Of a stretch of DNA of 64,000 nt, positions 29,840-41,572 are shown in pieces. Each line of letters opens with the position of its first letter. Within the stretch, counting starts at the first letter, position 1. Both the position numbers and the translations under genes were made by a program. Below the pieces are notes generated by a model. It was not told the DNA's origin. It was given only the letters and a program-made list of their open reading frames with translations, and did no database searches. The stretch comes from Eledone cirrhosa. Its lineage: Eukaryota. The stretch covers positions 1 to 64,000 of the forward strand of contig CAXHJY010000842.1 of NCBI GenBank assembly GCA_964016885.1. The letters are read 5' to 3'.

Positions 29840-30739
29840 TAAAGTTAGTCCTTCATCAGTGATCTTCCAACCATCATTGGTATTTCATCGCTTTAAAGAC
29901 CTTATACCTCCGGTTGGTGCGAGCAACGGTTAAAGAAAGCGTTGGGACACGTAAATAAGGGGAACGAGCGAGACTGTAAACAATCAAAAATGGTAATGCA
30001 ACGAAAAGTGAGGAAGTAGGAGTCAAGTCCCAGAATTCTATGAATATAAGCTCTGTGAAATCGTGGACGAGAGAGAATAAAGACCATCAAACCTAGTCGA
30101 AATGTGAGCAAGGAAAGAATTTTGCACAGGTCAAACGGGAGGAAGAAGGAGTCTAGTCCCTGAATTCGGTGAACATAAGTTCTGTGAAATCGTAGACAAG
30201 AGAGAAAAAAAAGGAACAACCAACCTGGTCAAGTGTGCGCGAGGAAAGAATTTCGGACAAGTCAAACGGGAGGAAGTAGGAGAGGGAGTAGCAGAGAGTG
30301 AGTGAGTGACCAGGTTGGTTGTTCCTTTTTTTTCTCTCTTGTCTACGATTTCACAGAACTTATGTTCACCGAATTCAGAGACTAGACTCCTTCTTCCTCC
30401 CGTTTGACCTGTGCAAAATTCTTTCCTTGTTCACATTTCAACTAGGTTTGATGGTCTTTATTCTCTCTCGTCCACGATTTCACAGAACTTATATTCATAG
30501 AATTCTGGGAGTCGACTCCTTCTTCCTCTCTTTTCGTTGCATTACCATCTTTGATTGTTTACAGTCTCGCTCGTTCCCCTTATTTACGTGTCCCAACGAC
30601 TTTCTTTAGCCGTTTTCGGACCACCAACTGGAGGTATATGGTCTTTAAAGCGATGAAATACCAATGAAGGTTGGAAGATCACTGATGAAGGACTAACTTT
30701 ATTCATATGTAACCCATTTGCAACCACGCAGCACGTCTT

Positions 30740-30743
<4 letters not shown>
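29836..30743. mobile_element. Fold-back element (arms 29836-30231 / 30307-30706), TA-flanked, core homologous to the 499-bp unit
   Basis: ~396-bp inverted arms with internal ~129-bp subrepeats; GCGATGAAATACCAATGA...ATCACTGATGAAGGAC core. Confidence 0.8.
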
Positions 30744-30791
<48 letters not shown>

Positions 30792-30852
30792 GTGCGTGTG
30801 CGTGTGTATGTGTGTGTGTTGTGTGCGTGTGTGTGTTTGCCTGTATGTATGT

Positions 30853-30900
<48 letters not shown>

Positions 30901-31248
30901 CAAAGTTGCAGCAAAAAATAAATGAAATATGTTGGAATGGACGAAGAAAAGCTTCTATTTTCCTCTTCAGAATACCTGTGGGCAATACAGTTTCGTGCAT
31001 TAGAGTAGTATTGCATAATATTGAGCTCAGATTGCACGGCAGCTTAGAAGAAAGCACATGAAAGTTGCATATTAGACACTACAACAAAAGAGACAGGGGA
31101 CAACTGCGTGTCCTTCGACTGGAAACATATGTATATATATATATCTAAAGAGATGTCAACATGAATGAACCTATTATTTTTATCTAAAGACATTTTTTCC
31201 AATTCCACCCCTCCCGTCATTTCAATCTATCTTATTTCTCCTTCTTTC

Positions 31249-31281
31249 TTCTGATGAAGGACTAGCGTCTGATACGTTAAT
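31249..31281 (+). ncRNA. Degenerate hammerhead remnant
   Basis: TT-CTGATGA-agg-gac/tagc/gtc-t-GATA-cgtt-AA. Confidence 0.4.
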
Positions 31282-31282
31282 A

Positions 31283-31565
31283 TACCAGGGTTTAAAGTAG
31301 GAGTTAAAAAGGATTTGGAACTGCCATGAAATCAAGGTCGTCCCGATTGTCACAGGCGCACGAGGTACTATCTCAAAGAGTTTCCAAGGATGGTTAAAGA
31401 AAATTAGTCCAGCTCCGCTTTTTGGAACACTTCAAAAGGCATGCTTGCTGGGAACAGCAAGAACCCTCCGATACGTCCTAAATGTCTGAGGATGCAGGTA
31501 GCGGCTTGATATTCATTTCAACAGACTTTCCAGTTAAATAACATCAATGACTGAGACTCAAAGAA
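31283..31565 (+). mobile_element. R4/Dong-like family A, 3' fragment with (AAT)n tail
   Basis: Matches 41260-41541 (LQKACLLGTARTLRYVLN plus 3'UTR). Confidence 0.85.
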
Positions 31566-31584
31566 CAATAATTATAATAATAAT

Positions 31585-31628
<44 letters not shown>

Positions 31629-31875
31629 TTTCTTTATTAACCACAAGGGTTTACATAAAGTAGACATTAAGGACAGTGCAGGACAATGCAGGATGGTACA
31701 AATGGGCATTTCTGCGTGTAAAAAACAAAAACAGAGGATGTAACAAAAATAACAATGAAAAATTCCCCAATAGGGGGGAGACTTCGGAGGGACATTTGTG
31801 GAGAAAGCCCAGTAAAAAGCCACAATGACCCTGACCACCAAGGCAAGTGCCCTCTCCCAGTTTTCCACCTTTAAT

Positions 31876-34800
31876 TTACAGATATATGCTCAGAGTAGGC
31901 CCATTCACTCGGGCCATTCTTGCTTCTCTCACCCATCTTTCAACAAAATGCTGGGAAGAGAGCACTTCCCTCTCTACTCTGATTTTCCTTTTCAAATGAA
32001 ATATGAAAAAGTCAATCAGAGCATCACCGAAGAGGTAAGTGCTCGTCTTCAGCCCTTTCAAACGTGTCCACCATACTATCTCTTTCGCCATGGCCACCAG
32101 GCAGATAAAAACTGCCTGCCCTTCCCGGCTAAAGGAGGAGGGCGGGGCAATCCTCACGATGGACTCAGATGATAGCCGGATCCGTCCTAAACGCGACAGC
32201 AGGTGTTCGACATAAACCCACAAGTCAGCAATTTTCGGACACTGGACGAGTGCGTGCAGGACGGTTTCGTCGCCCTGCGCGCATCTCGGACATGCCCGGC
32301 TGACGGCACCTCCATGCCTGTAGAGTTTATCCCGAACTGGCAAGGCTCCTCGGTAGCACTGCCAGGCCAGAGATTTCTGGAAGTTGTCCATAGGCCCTGG
32401 CCCGAAAGTTCTTCCGAAGAGATTGGCTAGTTGATTTTCGTCGACGCCTAGAGTTTCCCCAAGTACGTCGTCGCTCTTCCCCTCCACTAATCCTCTATAG
32501 AACGCCGAGGTGGAGTTTCCACCGATCACATTGCCCGATTGGTCGAGGGCTGTGAGCGCCTGAAGACATTCCAGTCTCCAGGCGCTCCCTCTCGGTCTTC
32601 GCTTGACCCAGGACTGCAGCTCCGTCAAGGAAACGAGCTGGGGAAACACGCGTCTAGCAAACGGCGACCACACCTGATCACCGTCGAGGAAGAGGTGGAG
32701 ATGTCGTAGCCTGAGCGCGTGCCTGCGCATCATCAGCCACGGCATGCCCAGCCCTCCACGTAGCGGGTGTTGACAACAGATGGACCGCCTGACCATCGGA
32801 GCGCGTCCCTTCCACAAAAAGCGAAAGAGCAAACGCTCCAGCACAGTCAGGCGAGGCTTAGGACAAGGTACGACGGTCAGGCGGTAGCAGATGACGGACG
32901 CGATGTACGCGTTAGCCACCTCCGCTCGACCTTTCAGGGATAGCTTCCTCTCGGCCCATTTCTGGGTGAGAGAAGCCACCCTGCTTGTCACCTCGTCCCA
33001 GTTTTTGTCCGTCTGGAGGTCCGGACCGAACCAGACCCCTAGCAATTTAACCGGTCCGTCCGTCCAGCGTCCGACGACGCTGTTGGACGGCATGGACCTG
33101 CCTCTCCAGGTGCCGAGCTGCAGGCCCACTGACTTTTCCTGGTTGATCATTGCTCCTGTCACCGCTTCGTATTCTCTTAGTGTAGTGCCGATCGCCTCGA
33201 TGTGTTTGGCGTTCGACACCACTACGGTGACATCGTCCGCATATGCTGATACGGATCTTCCGCATCCTAGTTCGCGCGGGACCCCCCTCAACGTCTCCAG
33301 TTTGTGCAGTAATGGCTCGAGAGTCAATACGTACAAGAGGGACGAGAGGGGACATCCTTGGCGGACCGAGCGCATGATGTTGAACGGTTCCGACAGGTGA
33401 CCGTTCACTCTCACCACAGAGCAGATGTCGCTGTGCATGGCAGCGATCCAGCCTCTGAAGACGGGCCCAAAGCCAGCCGCCCTCAGGACTGCCGCTAGGT
33501 AACGATGGTCGACCCTATCGAAAGCTTTCGACTGATCTAAATTGATCAAGGACCCACCCGTGCCAGGTTCCCTAGCTACCCTCTCTACGATGTATCGCAT
33601 GAGGTGGAGGTTGTCGTGGATGGATCTGTCGGGAATGGCGCATGTCTGCGCCTCTCCCACCAGACCACCAACGACAAGCGCCAACCTCTTTGCTAGCACC
33701 TTGGCCAAAATCTTAAACTCTGTGTTTAGCAGAGTTATGGGCCGGAAATTGTCTATGTTATCCCCCTTGTTCGGATCCTTTCTCAGCAGTGCCACCGCTC
33801 CTCGGCTCACAGAACTGGGAATTCTCCCGTTCTGTTGCCAGTTGCAGTAGACGTCCGCCAAGAGGCCTCCGAACAAGTCTGGCATCTGTACGTAAAGTTC
33901 ATAGGGCAGACCATCCAAACCAGGCGATTTACCCCTTGTGCAGCCAGTCATTGCCTCCCTTACTTCAGCGGCTGTTATCGGCTTTTCGCAACACTTCGCC
34001 TCAGTGGCCGAGAGCCGCGGCAGTCCGTCGAGGTAGACACTAAAGTCCATCCCTCTACCCGGCCCCCCGCTGCCCCCGAACAGCTGAGCGAAGTGTCGCT
34101 GAAAAGCTTCACACATTTGCCCGGGATCGAGTAGCATGCGCCCGTCGTGGTCCACCAAAGACCGGATCGTGGCTTTGTTGCCACGACGCGCCTCCGCCAC
34201 TCGGGCCCATTGAACGGCTTTCGTCCCCTCGTGTCTGAGAGCACGCACCCTAGCTCTGACAACGCAGCCTTCGTGCTTTGCATTGAAGAATTGGTCAAGG
34301 GCCAATTTCGCCGCAAGCACGTCGGTCGCAATGCCTTTGCTAAGCGCCTCGTCTAATTTTCTAACTAGTTCTCCCTCTGCTCTATTTTTCTCTATTGCTA
34401 AAGCCTTACTAAACCTAATCGATTCTATTCTAATCGCTCTTTTCAGAGCAAACCACCACTTGTTGTTGACGATGGCCCCCGTCAACGCCCGCTTAACTAG
34501 TTCGCTAATCCGGTCTCTGTAGGCCTTGCGCGCTGGTAAGGACGCGTTTAGCTTCCAGTAGCCGGGTCCTCGTCTATGAAGCCTATCTAAGTCAAGCACA
34601 CAGATCACGAATTTGTGGTCCGTGTAGCTGACTATCTTGAATTGTGGACAGCCTATGCTAGACCTATCTATTTCCCTACAAAATACTCTATCTAGATATG
34701 ATCTGGATGACCCTATGCGGTTTGTCCAAGTCCACATTGGCACATTCGGGAAATCCAATCGGTACCTGTCAGACAGTTCAAAACGCCTGAGCAGGTTGGT

Positions 34801-35295
34801 GAGGCTCTTGCACCCTCCACCCCTATCCGCCAATCCCACACAGTCCCAGCGTGCATCTAAGATCCCGTTCCAGTCGCCCACTAACACTAAAGAGCGGGAC
34901 GTTCCAAGAAAGGTCTCCAGACGCCGGAAGAAATCAGGCCGCCCTGCTCCTGTCGGGGCATAGACGGCCACTAGCCTGAAAGCTTGCCCGTCTCCGCTGG
35001 TCACGTCCAGCACCACCAGCTTACCCTCTGGGTCCAGGAAGATGGCCCGTATGGCGAGATCCAAACCTCTCCGAAAAAGCACAGCAACTCCTCCACCCGA
35101 TCCAGGACGGCTGGGAGATGCGTACACATCGTAGCCGCCGAAGATCGGTACGAAGGCCCGTGCTTCGGAGATTCTGGTCTCGCTGATGGCCACTACATCT
35201 ATGTTTAGTGACCTGAGGTCGTTGAGCAGGTGACCCTGCTTCCATGACGACCCCAAGCCACGCGCATTTATGCTGCCTATTCTGAGTGAGGTCAT
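31876..35295 (-). CDS. Tx1-type ORF2: APE endonuclease, reverse transcriptase, C-terminal CCHC, 1139 aa, intact
   Basis: SINARGL, ISET, VYAP, GDWN, YLDR, YTDH; KSPGLDG, FRPITLLN, KAFDRV, RQGCPLS, AYADD; CPRC..ETVLH....C. Confidence 0.95.
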   Translation of the reverse strand: MTSLRIGSINARGLGSSWKQGHLLNDLRSLNIDVVAISETRISEARAFVPIFGGYDVYASPSRPGSGGGVAVLFRRGLDLAIRAIFLDPEGKLVVLDVTSGDGQAFRLVAVYAPTGAGRPDFFRRLETFLGTSRSLVLVGDWNGILDARWDCVGLADRGGGCKSLTNLLRRFELSDRYRLDFPNVPMWTWTNRIGSSRSYLDRVFCREIDRSSIGCPQFKIVSYTDHKFVICVLDLDRLHRRGPGYWKLNASLPARKAYRDRISELVKRALTGAIVNNKWWFALKRAIRIESIRFSKALAIEKNRAEGELVRKLDEALSKGIATDVLAAKLALDQFFNAKHEGCVVRARVRALRHEGTKAVQWARVAEARRGNKATIRSLVDHDGRMLLDPGQMCEAFQRHFAQLFGGSGGPGRGMDFSVYLDGLPRLSATEAKCCEKPITAAEVREAMTGCTRGKSPGLDGLPYELYVQMPDLFGGLLADVYCNWQQNGRIPSSVSRGAVALLRKDPNKGDNIDNFRPITLLNTEFKILAKVLAKRLALVVGGLVGEAQTCAIPDRSIHDNLHLMRYIVERVAREPGTGGSLINLDQSKAFDRVDHRYLAAVLRAAGFGPVFRGWIAAMHSDICSVVRVNGHLSEPFNIMRSVRQGCPLSSLLYVLTLEPLLHKLETLRGVPRELGCGRSVSAYADDVTVVVSNAKHIEAIGTTLREYEAVTGAMINQEKSVGLQLGTWRGRSMPSNSVVGRWTDGPVKLLGVWFGPDLQTDKNWDEVTSRVASLTQKWAERKLSLKGRAEVANAYIASVICYRLTVVPCPKPRLTVLERLLFRFLWKGRAPMVRRSICCQHPLRGGLGMPWLMMRRHALRLRHLHLFLDGDQVWSPFARRVFPQLVSLTELQSWVKRRPRGSAWRLECLQALTALDQSGNVIGGNSTSAFYRGLVEGKSDDVLGETLGVDENQLANLFGRTFGPGPMDNFQKSLAWQCYRGALPVRDKLYRHGGAVSRACPRCAQGDETVLHALVQCPKIADLWVYVEHLLSRLGRIRLSSESIVRIAPPSSFSREGQAVFICLVAMAKEIVWWTRLKGLKTSTYLFGDALIDFFIFHLKRKIRVEREVLSSQHFVERWVREARMARVNGPTLSIYL

Positions 35296-35330
35296 GTTTA
35301 AAATAGAGTGGAAAAGATGGGAAAGACCAC

Positions 35331-37428
35331 TTACCGTACTTTTGGTAGAGGAGGGATGGTTTTTACATCCCTTTTCACTTGATCGTCTGGTGAAGGGACC
35401 GTTGAATCGTCCCTTCGGCTGGTCGTCGGCTCTTCTAAGAGAATGTCTGAGTATACTCTTCGATTGATGGTTCCTCCTAGGTCCCTGAAATCACCAACCG
35501 CGTTGGGGAATTTCGTTTTAATGTTTGTGTATTGTTTCTGTGCTATTTTTAGCAGTCTTATGTTAGTTGGCGTTTTGATTGGTGCTGGTATTATGTAGTC
35601 CTGTTGTGAAATGTCTGTGTGTTCAATTATGTAAGTCATTAGTTTCTTGTTGTGTGTATTTATTGCCGTGCATTTGTTTTTCTGGGGGTGGGGTGTGGTT
35701 CTGCTATTTTCTTGTCGTTGTTGCTGGGTGTGTGTGTTTTGTTGTTGTGTTTGCGATGTTGGTGCTTGTGGTGGTGGTGTTGAAGGTGTTGTTGGCGGTG
35801 GGGTTGTCGCCGGTGGTGATGGTGGTGCTAGTGTGGGTGGTGATGGTGTTGGTGTTGTTGCTGCTGTGGGTCTCTTTGCAGTAGACTTTACCCTTTTCTC
35901 ATTTCTTTCCTCCCTTTTCAAAGGCGACGATGCGCTGCTTCTGCGTTTGTGCCTTCTTGCGACCTTTTGCCATCCCTCTCCCACCTCACACTCCATGTCT
36001 GATTCTGTGAGGTCGGGGAGGGGTACCAGCTCCACTCTTTCACTTGTTGTTGTTGGTGATGTTTGCACTGGAGTCTCTGTTGCAGCTGCATTTGGTATTG
36101 CTGTTGTTGTTGTTAATATTTCCACTGCTGCTGCTGTCTTTGATTTCCGTGGAGTGGGTATGGGTGCCACGGACCTATCGTTCCTGGTTGCCGCTTGTCC
36201 TGTTGCTGGTAGCCGTGGAGCCGGATTCGGAAGGAGGGGGGGTTTTCTCCTTTCTCAGGGTCTTCTCGTTGCAGAAGGCCCTGAGGTGAGTCTTCGATCC
36301 ACAGCGAAAGCATTTCGGGCGTTTGCCCTCAAAACTTATGGGCAGTTGAGTGCCGTTATCGAAGTCTATCACATCCGGGATAGCTTCGATGCACTCCTGG
36401 TTGGTTTGGATTAGCATCTCAATGGAGGAGCCGACCCAATCTTCTCTTACTTTTTTCTGTACTTGCAGTACAGTTGTTTTGTCCTCGATTCCGACGAGGA
36501 CAGACGCGGCCAGCCAAGAAGGGGTCATTCCGGGGGGGACGTGGGTCAGTTTGACCCTCACAATTTTTTGCCCGCAGTAGGAGGGCACCAACACCATTTC
36601 CTCGCTCCTTAGGGTCACTACTGATTGGGCCTTTGCCTCCTGGGGTGTGGCAAAAAGTACGTCAACGGTGGCGTATTTTTTGCCTCGGGTGATGTGCGTT
36701 TTCCTCTGCCACACAGACCCCAAGGCTTTTTGTATTTGGGCCTCTGTGGCTCTTTCCACCCTACGGGATTTTGTACTTACTGTACGGTACGTGACCGTAC
36801 AGTGCTCTTGGGTTTCGAAAAAATTTTTCGCTGCCTTGCAGATTGCTCGGTGTCCGTTCTTTGTCACCATCTTCTTCGCTTCCTCTAATTCCTCATTTGT
36901 TATGAGGATTGTTTCCAAGTTTTTCGCAATACCTGCAAATGAGATTGGTTTTTCTCTGCTGTTGTTGTTGTCGTCAGAGCTGCTGGTACTTTTGTTGTTG
37001 CTGCAGGTACTACGACTACTGCCTCCGCCGCTGTTGCTGTGGTTGTTGTTGGTGTTGCTGCTGCTAATGCTGTTGTTGTTTATGCTGCTGGTGATGCTGT
37101 TGCGGCTGCTACTGTTGTTTTCATTGTCACTGTTGCTGTTGTTATTACGGCTGCTACTGCTATTATTCCTGACGTCAGACGAATGAACTGGGTTTTCGTA
37201 TTTCCCGCACACCTGTTTCGTCGCTGTCGTCGTCGTCGTGGAGAAACCTTGCACGCTTTGCACGAGACTTTTCTTTTCTTTCGTCGCTTGCGAAAGAGAA
37301 GGGAGGGAGAGAGACACATTTAAAGAAGGGAGGGAGAGAGACAATCTTCTCTCTGCTGTAGTGATGATTGAGGAAGAAGAAGACGGAATGAGTGGGAGTG
37401 ACGTATGAAATTTCTTTTTCGTAGCCAT
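35331..37428 (-). CDS. Tx1-type ORF1 (gag-like zinc knuckle), apparently one ORF with a +1 frameshift near 36236-36242
   Basis: CFRCGSKTHLRAFC knuckle; track ORFs 36175-37461 and 35331-36170 join if one base of the G7 run is removed; likely start MATKKK at 37428. Confidence 0.7.
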
Positions 37429-37641
37429 GTTTTTTTGTTTAAAATGAAATTTTGGGTACAAAACCCCAATAACTGGTTATTTAACCCCGAAGGGCCAAAT
37501 AACGGACAGAAAGACCCCTCTCACGAGGAGGAGGGTGTCTTTATCAACAATTTGGTTCAAGTTTTAAACAATTTACAATTGTTTTAACGGTTAAAAATTA
37601 CTATACCTTACAGAGCCGAGCCTCCGTCAACCATGGCATTC

Positions 37642-37679
<38 letters not shown>

Positions 37680-37681
<2 letters not shown>

Positions 37682-38941
37682 TTCGAAAATTCTTAACCAT
37701 GCACAGAATGCATCACCCTAAGGCAGATACAGATAGAATATATCTCCCTAGGAAAAAAGGAGGACGTGGGTTAATCCAGTTAGACATTGCGTTGAAAACT
37801 GCAACAATTGGATTATCTACATATCTAAGGGAATCACATGATTGGATGATCAAACTCGTTTTGAAACACGAAAGCATCAAAAGATCATACTCCATTACAA
37901 AAGATGCACAAAGATACAGTAATGGACTACACATTTCAGAAGTCCCATTTACTGCTGAAATGGAAAACACAGAAAAAGCAAAGCAGGTAAAAGTAACTGC
38001 AAAGAAAGAACTGCTACAGAAACTGGCTTAGAAATGGCAAGAAAAGCCTCTGTATGGAAAATACCCAGAACGAGCTAACAATCCTGATGTTGACAAAACT
38101 TTAACCCATCAGTGGTTGGCATCCTCTGGACTGAAATCGGAGACTGAAGGACTGATTATATCAGCACAAGATCAGTGTCTGCCAACAAAAAATTACCAAG
38201 CCAACATAATAAAAAATGGATGCAGCCCATCCTGCCGTGTATGTAAAAAACAACCAGAGACCATTGACCATATCATTTCAATGTGCAGTCCTATAGCTCC
38301 AACCGAATACCTAAACAGGCATGACAGAGCTGCACAATACATACATTGGATAATGTGTAAGCATTTTGACCTGCCCCATCAAAAGAATTGGTGGGAGCAT
38401 CAACCACCTCCCATACTAGAAAAAGATCATATCTCAATCTTGTGGAACTTTAGCATCGAAACAGACCGAAAAATAGATGCAAATAGACCTGATATAATAT
38501 TGAAGGACTTTAAAAAGAGGGTATGCCTGCTAATTGATATGTCCGTTCCAATAGACAAGAATGTATCTATAAAAACATTTGAAAAAGTGAGCAAGTATAA
38601 GGACCTGGAGATAGAAATTGGAAAAATGTGGAAATTGAGAACTAAAACAATACCAGTGGTTGTAGGCGCTCTAGGAATGATACCTAAGGGGTCTAATGAT
38701 TACTTATCACAAATCCCAGGAAACCCGCGTATAGGAGAAATACAAAAGATAGTACTAATGGGAACTGCCGTATACTAAGGAAGATTCTGTCAATATAAGT
38801 ACATCACAAGTCTAAACACTAAAGATGCATGTGTGAGTATGTATGTTCTTTCTTGAACATGGCGGACCTTGTTGTCTCTTGAGGTCACTGGTTGTGACTT
38901 GGTGATAACTCGTATGAACTTAAAGCAAGATAAATGCAGCT

Positions 38942-38942
<1 letters not shown>
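37680..38942 (+). mobile_element. R4/Dong-like family B, 5'-truncated, disrupted RLE ORF, (TAA)n tail
   Basis: CRVC...ETIDHIISMC, RHD, RPD, K.SKYKDL, VVVGALG; stop at 38029-38031. Confidence 0.85.
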
Positions 38943-38984
<42 letters not shown>

Positions 38985-38987
<3 letters not shown>

Positions 38988-41541
38988 TTATCATAGAGGA
39001 ACTGAAGCAACGCATTGTAGCAAAGAGTGCAAAAATCAGGCGATACGAGAACAGAGTCAGTCAGTATAAACAGAACCGCATGTTCGACAACAACCAGAAG
39101 ATGCTGTTTGGACAGCTTGAGGGGAAAGAAAGAGGCAACGACTTGATCCCTGGGGCGGAGCAAACTAAAACATTCTGGAGAGGAATATGGGAGCAGGATG
39201 TTAGACATAATGTCCAGGCAGGGTGGATTGAGACAGTACAGAGGGAGATCGGTGAGCAGGCACAACAACAAACTGATTTGAGTATCACAGTTGAAACTCT
39301 TAAGGGGCAGGCCAAAAAACTAACCAACTGGAAATCACCAGGCCCAGATGGTGTGCAGGGGTATTGGATTAAACATTTAACATCCCTCCACCCGAAGCTG
39401 ACGGCCATGTTCAATGACTGCTTGGTGTCGGGTGAGGTGCCAGAGTGGTTGACAAAAGGTACCACAGTTCTGATAATGAAAGACCGAATCAAGGGTAATG
39501 ATGTTACAAACTATAGACCTATCACATGTCTGTCCGTAATGTGGAAACTGTTGACGAGCATTGTGTCTGAGGAAATCTACCATCACCTCCACACAAACAA
39601 CTTGTTACCGGACGAACAGAAAGGATGCCGAAAGAAGTCACGTGGTACAAAGGACCAGTTACTTATTGATAAGATGGTAATGGGGAATTGCAGGAGGAGA
39701 CACACTGATCTTGCCATGGGATGGCTAGACTACAGAAAGGCATTTGACATGGTGCCTCATTCTTGGATCACCAAAAGCCTGGAGATCTTCAGGGTGGCAG
39801 ATAACATCAGACAGTTGCTGGGCAGGAGTATGGGTCCTGGGAGACAGAGTTGACATCAACTGGAGTATCCTTGGAAAGCGTGAAGATCAAGAGAGGTATC
39901 TTCCAGGGAGATAGCCTGTCCCCTCTGTTGTTTGTCCTTGCCCTGATGCCCTTGACCATTATGCTGCGAAAAGTGAGAGCAGGATACAAGTTGGGAAGGG
40001 GAGAGCTTACCATCAATCACCTCCTCTTCATGGACGATCTTAAGCTCTTCGGGAAAAGTGAGAAGGAGTTGGATGTGCTTGTTGACACTGTCCGTATTTT
40101 CAGCAGTGATATATGTATGCAGTTTGGTATTGGTAAATGTGGAGTCATTGTGATGAGGAGGGGTAGGTTGAGCAAAAGTAACGGGATCCAGATACCAACA
40201 GGTGAGATGATAAAGGAAATTGACTCTGAGGAAGGATACAAGTATTTGGGCGTTCTGGAGGCTGATGGCATAAAGAACAAAAAAATGAAGGAATTGTTAA
40301 GAACTGAATACATTCGGAGAGTAAGGAGCGTATTGAAGTCACATCTGAACAGCAGAAATGCCATAAGCGCAGTAAATTCCCGAGCTGTGTCTATTATTAG
40401 GTACAATGCGGGAATTCTGAGATGGAATGTTGCTGAACAAAAAGAAATGGATAGGAAGACTAGGAAGCTATTGACTATCTACAACATGTTCCACAAGAGG
40501 AGTGATGTCGATAGACTCTACCTAAGGAGATCTGAGGGTGGAGTAGGTCTTATCACCATAGAGGACTGTGTTCAGATGGAGAAAAACAACCTATACAAAT
40601 ACGTGACCTATAGTAAGGAGCCAATGCTCAGAACTGTACTGAAGGAGGGGACAGTAGGCCAGGGGATGTCCAAGGACGAAATAACATCAAGGAGGAAGAG
40701 CAGCCTTAAGGGAAAATCCCTTCATAGTACCTTCTTTGAGAAAACTGAATTTAGAGATCCGCAGACATGGAACTGGTTGAGAAGAGGAGACCTCAAAAAG
40801 GCTACAGAAGGAATGCTAATGGCTGCGCAGGAGCAGGCCCTCAAAACGAAGTGGTTGAAGCACCATATTTACAAGGAGGAGGCTAGCCCACTGTGCAGGA
40901 TCTGTGGAGAGAGAGAGGAGACTGTGGCTCACATTGTGTCCGAGTGTAAACACCTAGCCCAGACCCACTATAAGGGCTGGAGACACGATGTGATGGGCAG
41001 GGTGATCCACTGGCACCTGTGCAAAGTAAACAATTTACCACATTCTGAGAAATGGTATGAGCATAGGCCAGAGGCGGTGATGGAGAACAATCAGGTGAAG
41101 GTGCTGTGGGATTTTAGGATACAGACGGACAAAAAACTGGAACACAATAGACCTGACCTGGAGGTTGTGGACAAAGAAAAAAGATCGTGTCTGATTGTGG
41201 ATGTGGCCTGCCCGTTCGACACGAGAGTGCAAGAGAAGGAGAGGGAGAAAATTAACCGATACCAGGACCTAAAGTGGGAGGTGAAAAGGATTTGGAACTG
41301 CCATGAAGTCAAAGTGATCCCGATTGTCATAGGCGCACTGGGGACTATCTCCAAAAGTTTCCAGGGATGGTTAAGGAAAATCGGCCCCTTCACGCTTTTT
41401 GGAACGCTTCAAAAGGCATGCTTGCTTGGAACAGCAAGAACCCTCCGATACGTCCTGAATATCTGAGGCTGCAGGTAGTGGCTTGATATTCAATCCAACG
41501 GACTTTCCAGTTAACCAACATCAATGACTGAGATTCAAGGA
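38985..41541 (+). mobile_element. R4/Dong-like family A, 5'-truncated RT plus restriction-like endonuclease, one frameshift (~39830-39850), (AAT)n tail
   Basis: NWKSPGPDG, NYRPITCL, DYRKAFD, GIFQGDSLSP, LFMDDLK; CRIC...H...C, RHD, RPD, KINRYQDL (ORFs 39080-39853 and 39850-41466). Confidence 0.9.
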
Positions 41542-41572
41542 ATAACAACAATAATAATAATAATAATAATAA

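Larger units (their letters stand above)
31627..37641 (-). mobile_element. Full-length Tx1/L1-clade non-LTR retrotransposon (~6.0 kb) within (AAT)n
   Basis: ORF1 with CCHC knuckle, intact APE-RT ORF2, AATAAA near 3' end, (AAT)n on both sides. Confidence 0.9.

Noticed and set aside
31825-37323. Plus-strand ORFs overlapping the Tx1 element
   Set aside because: Antisense shadows of a GC-rich coding region with no motifs
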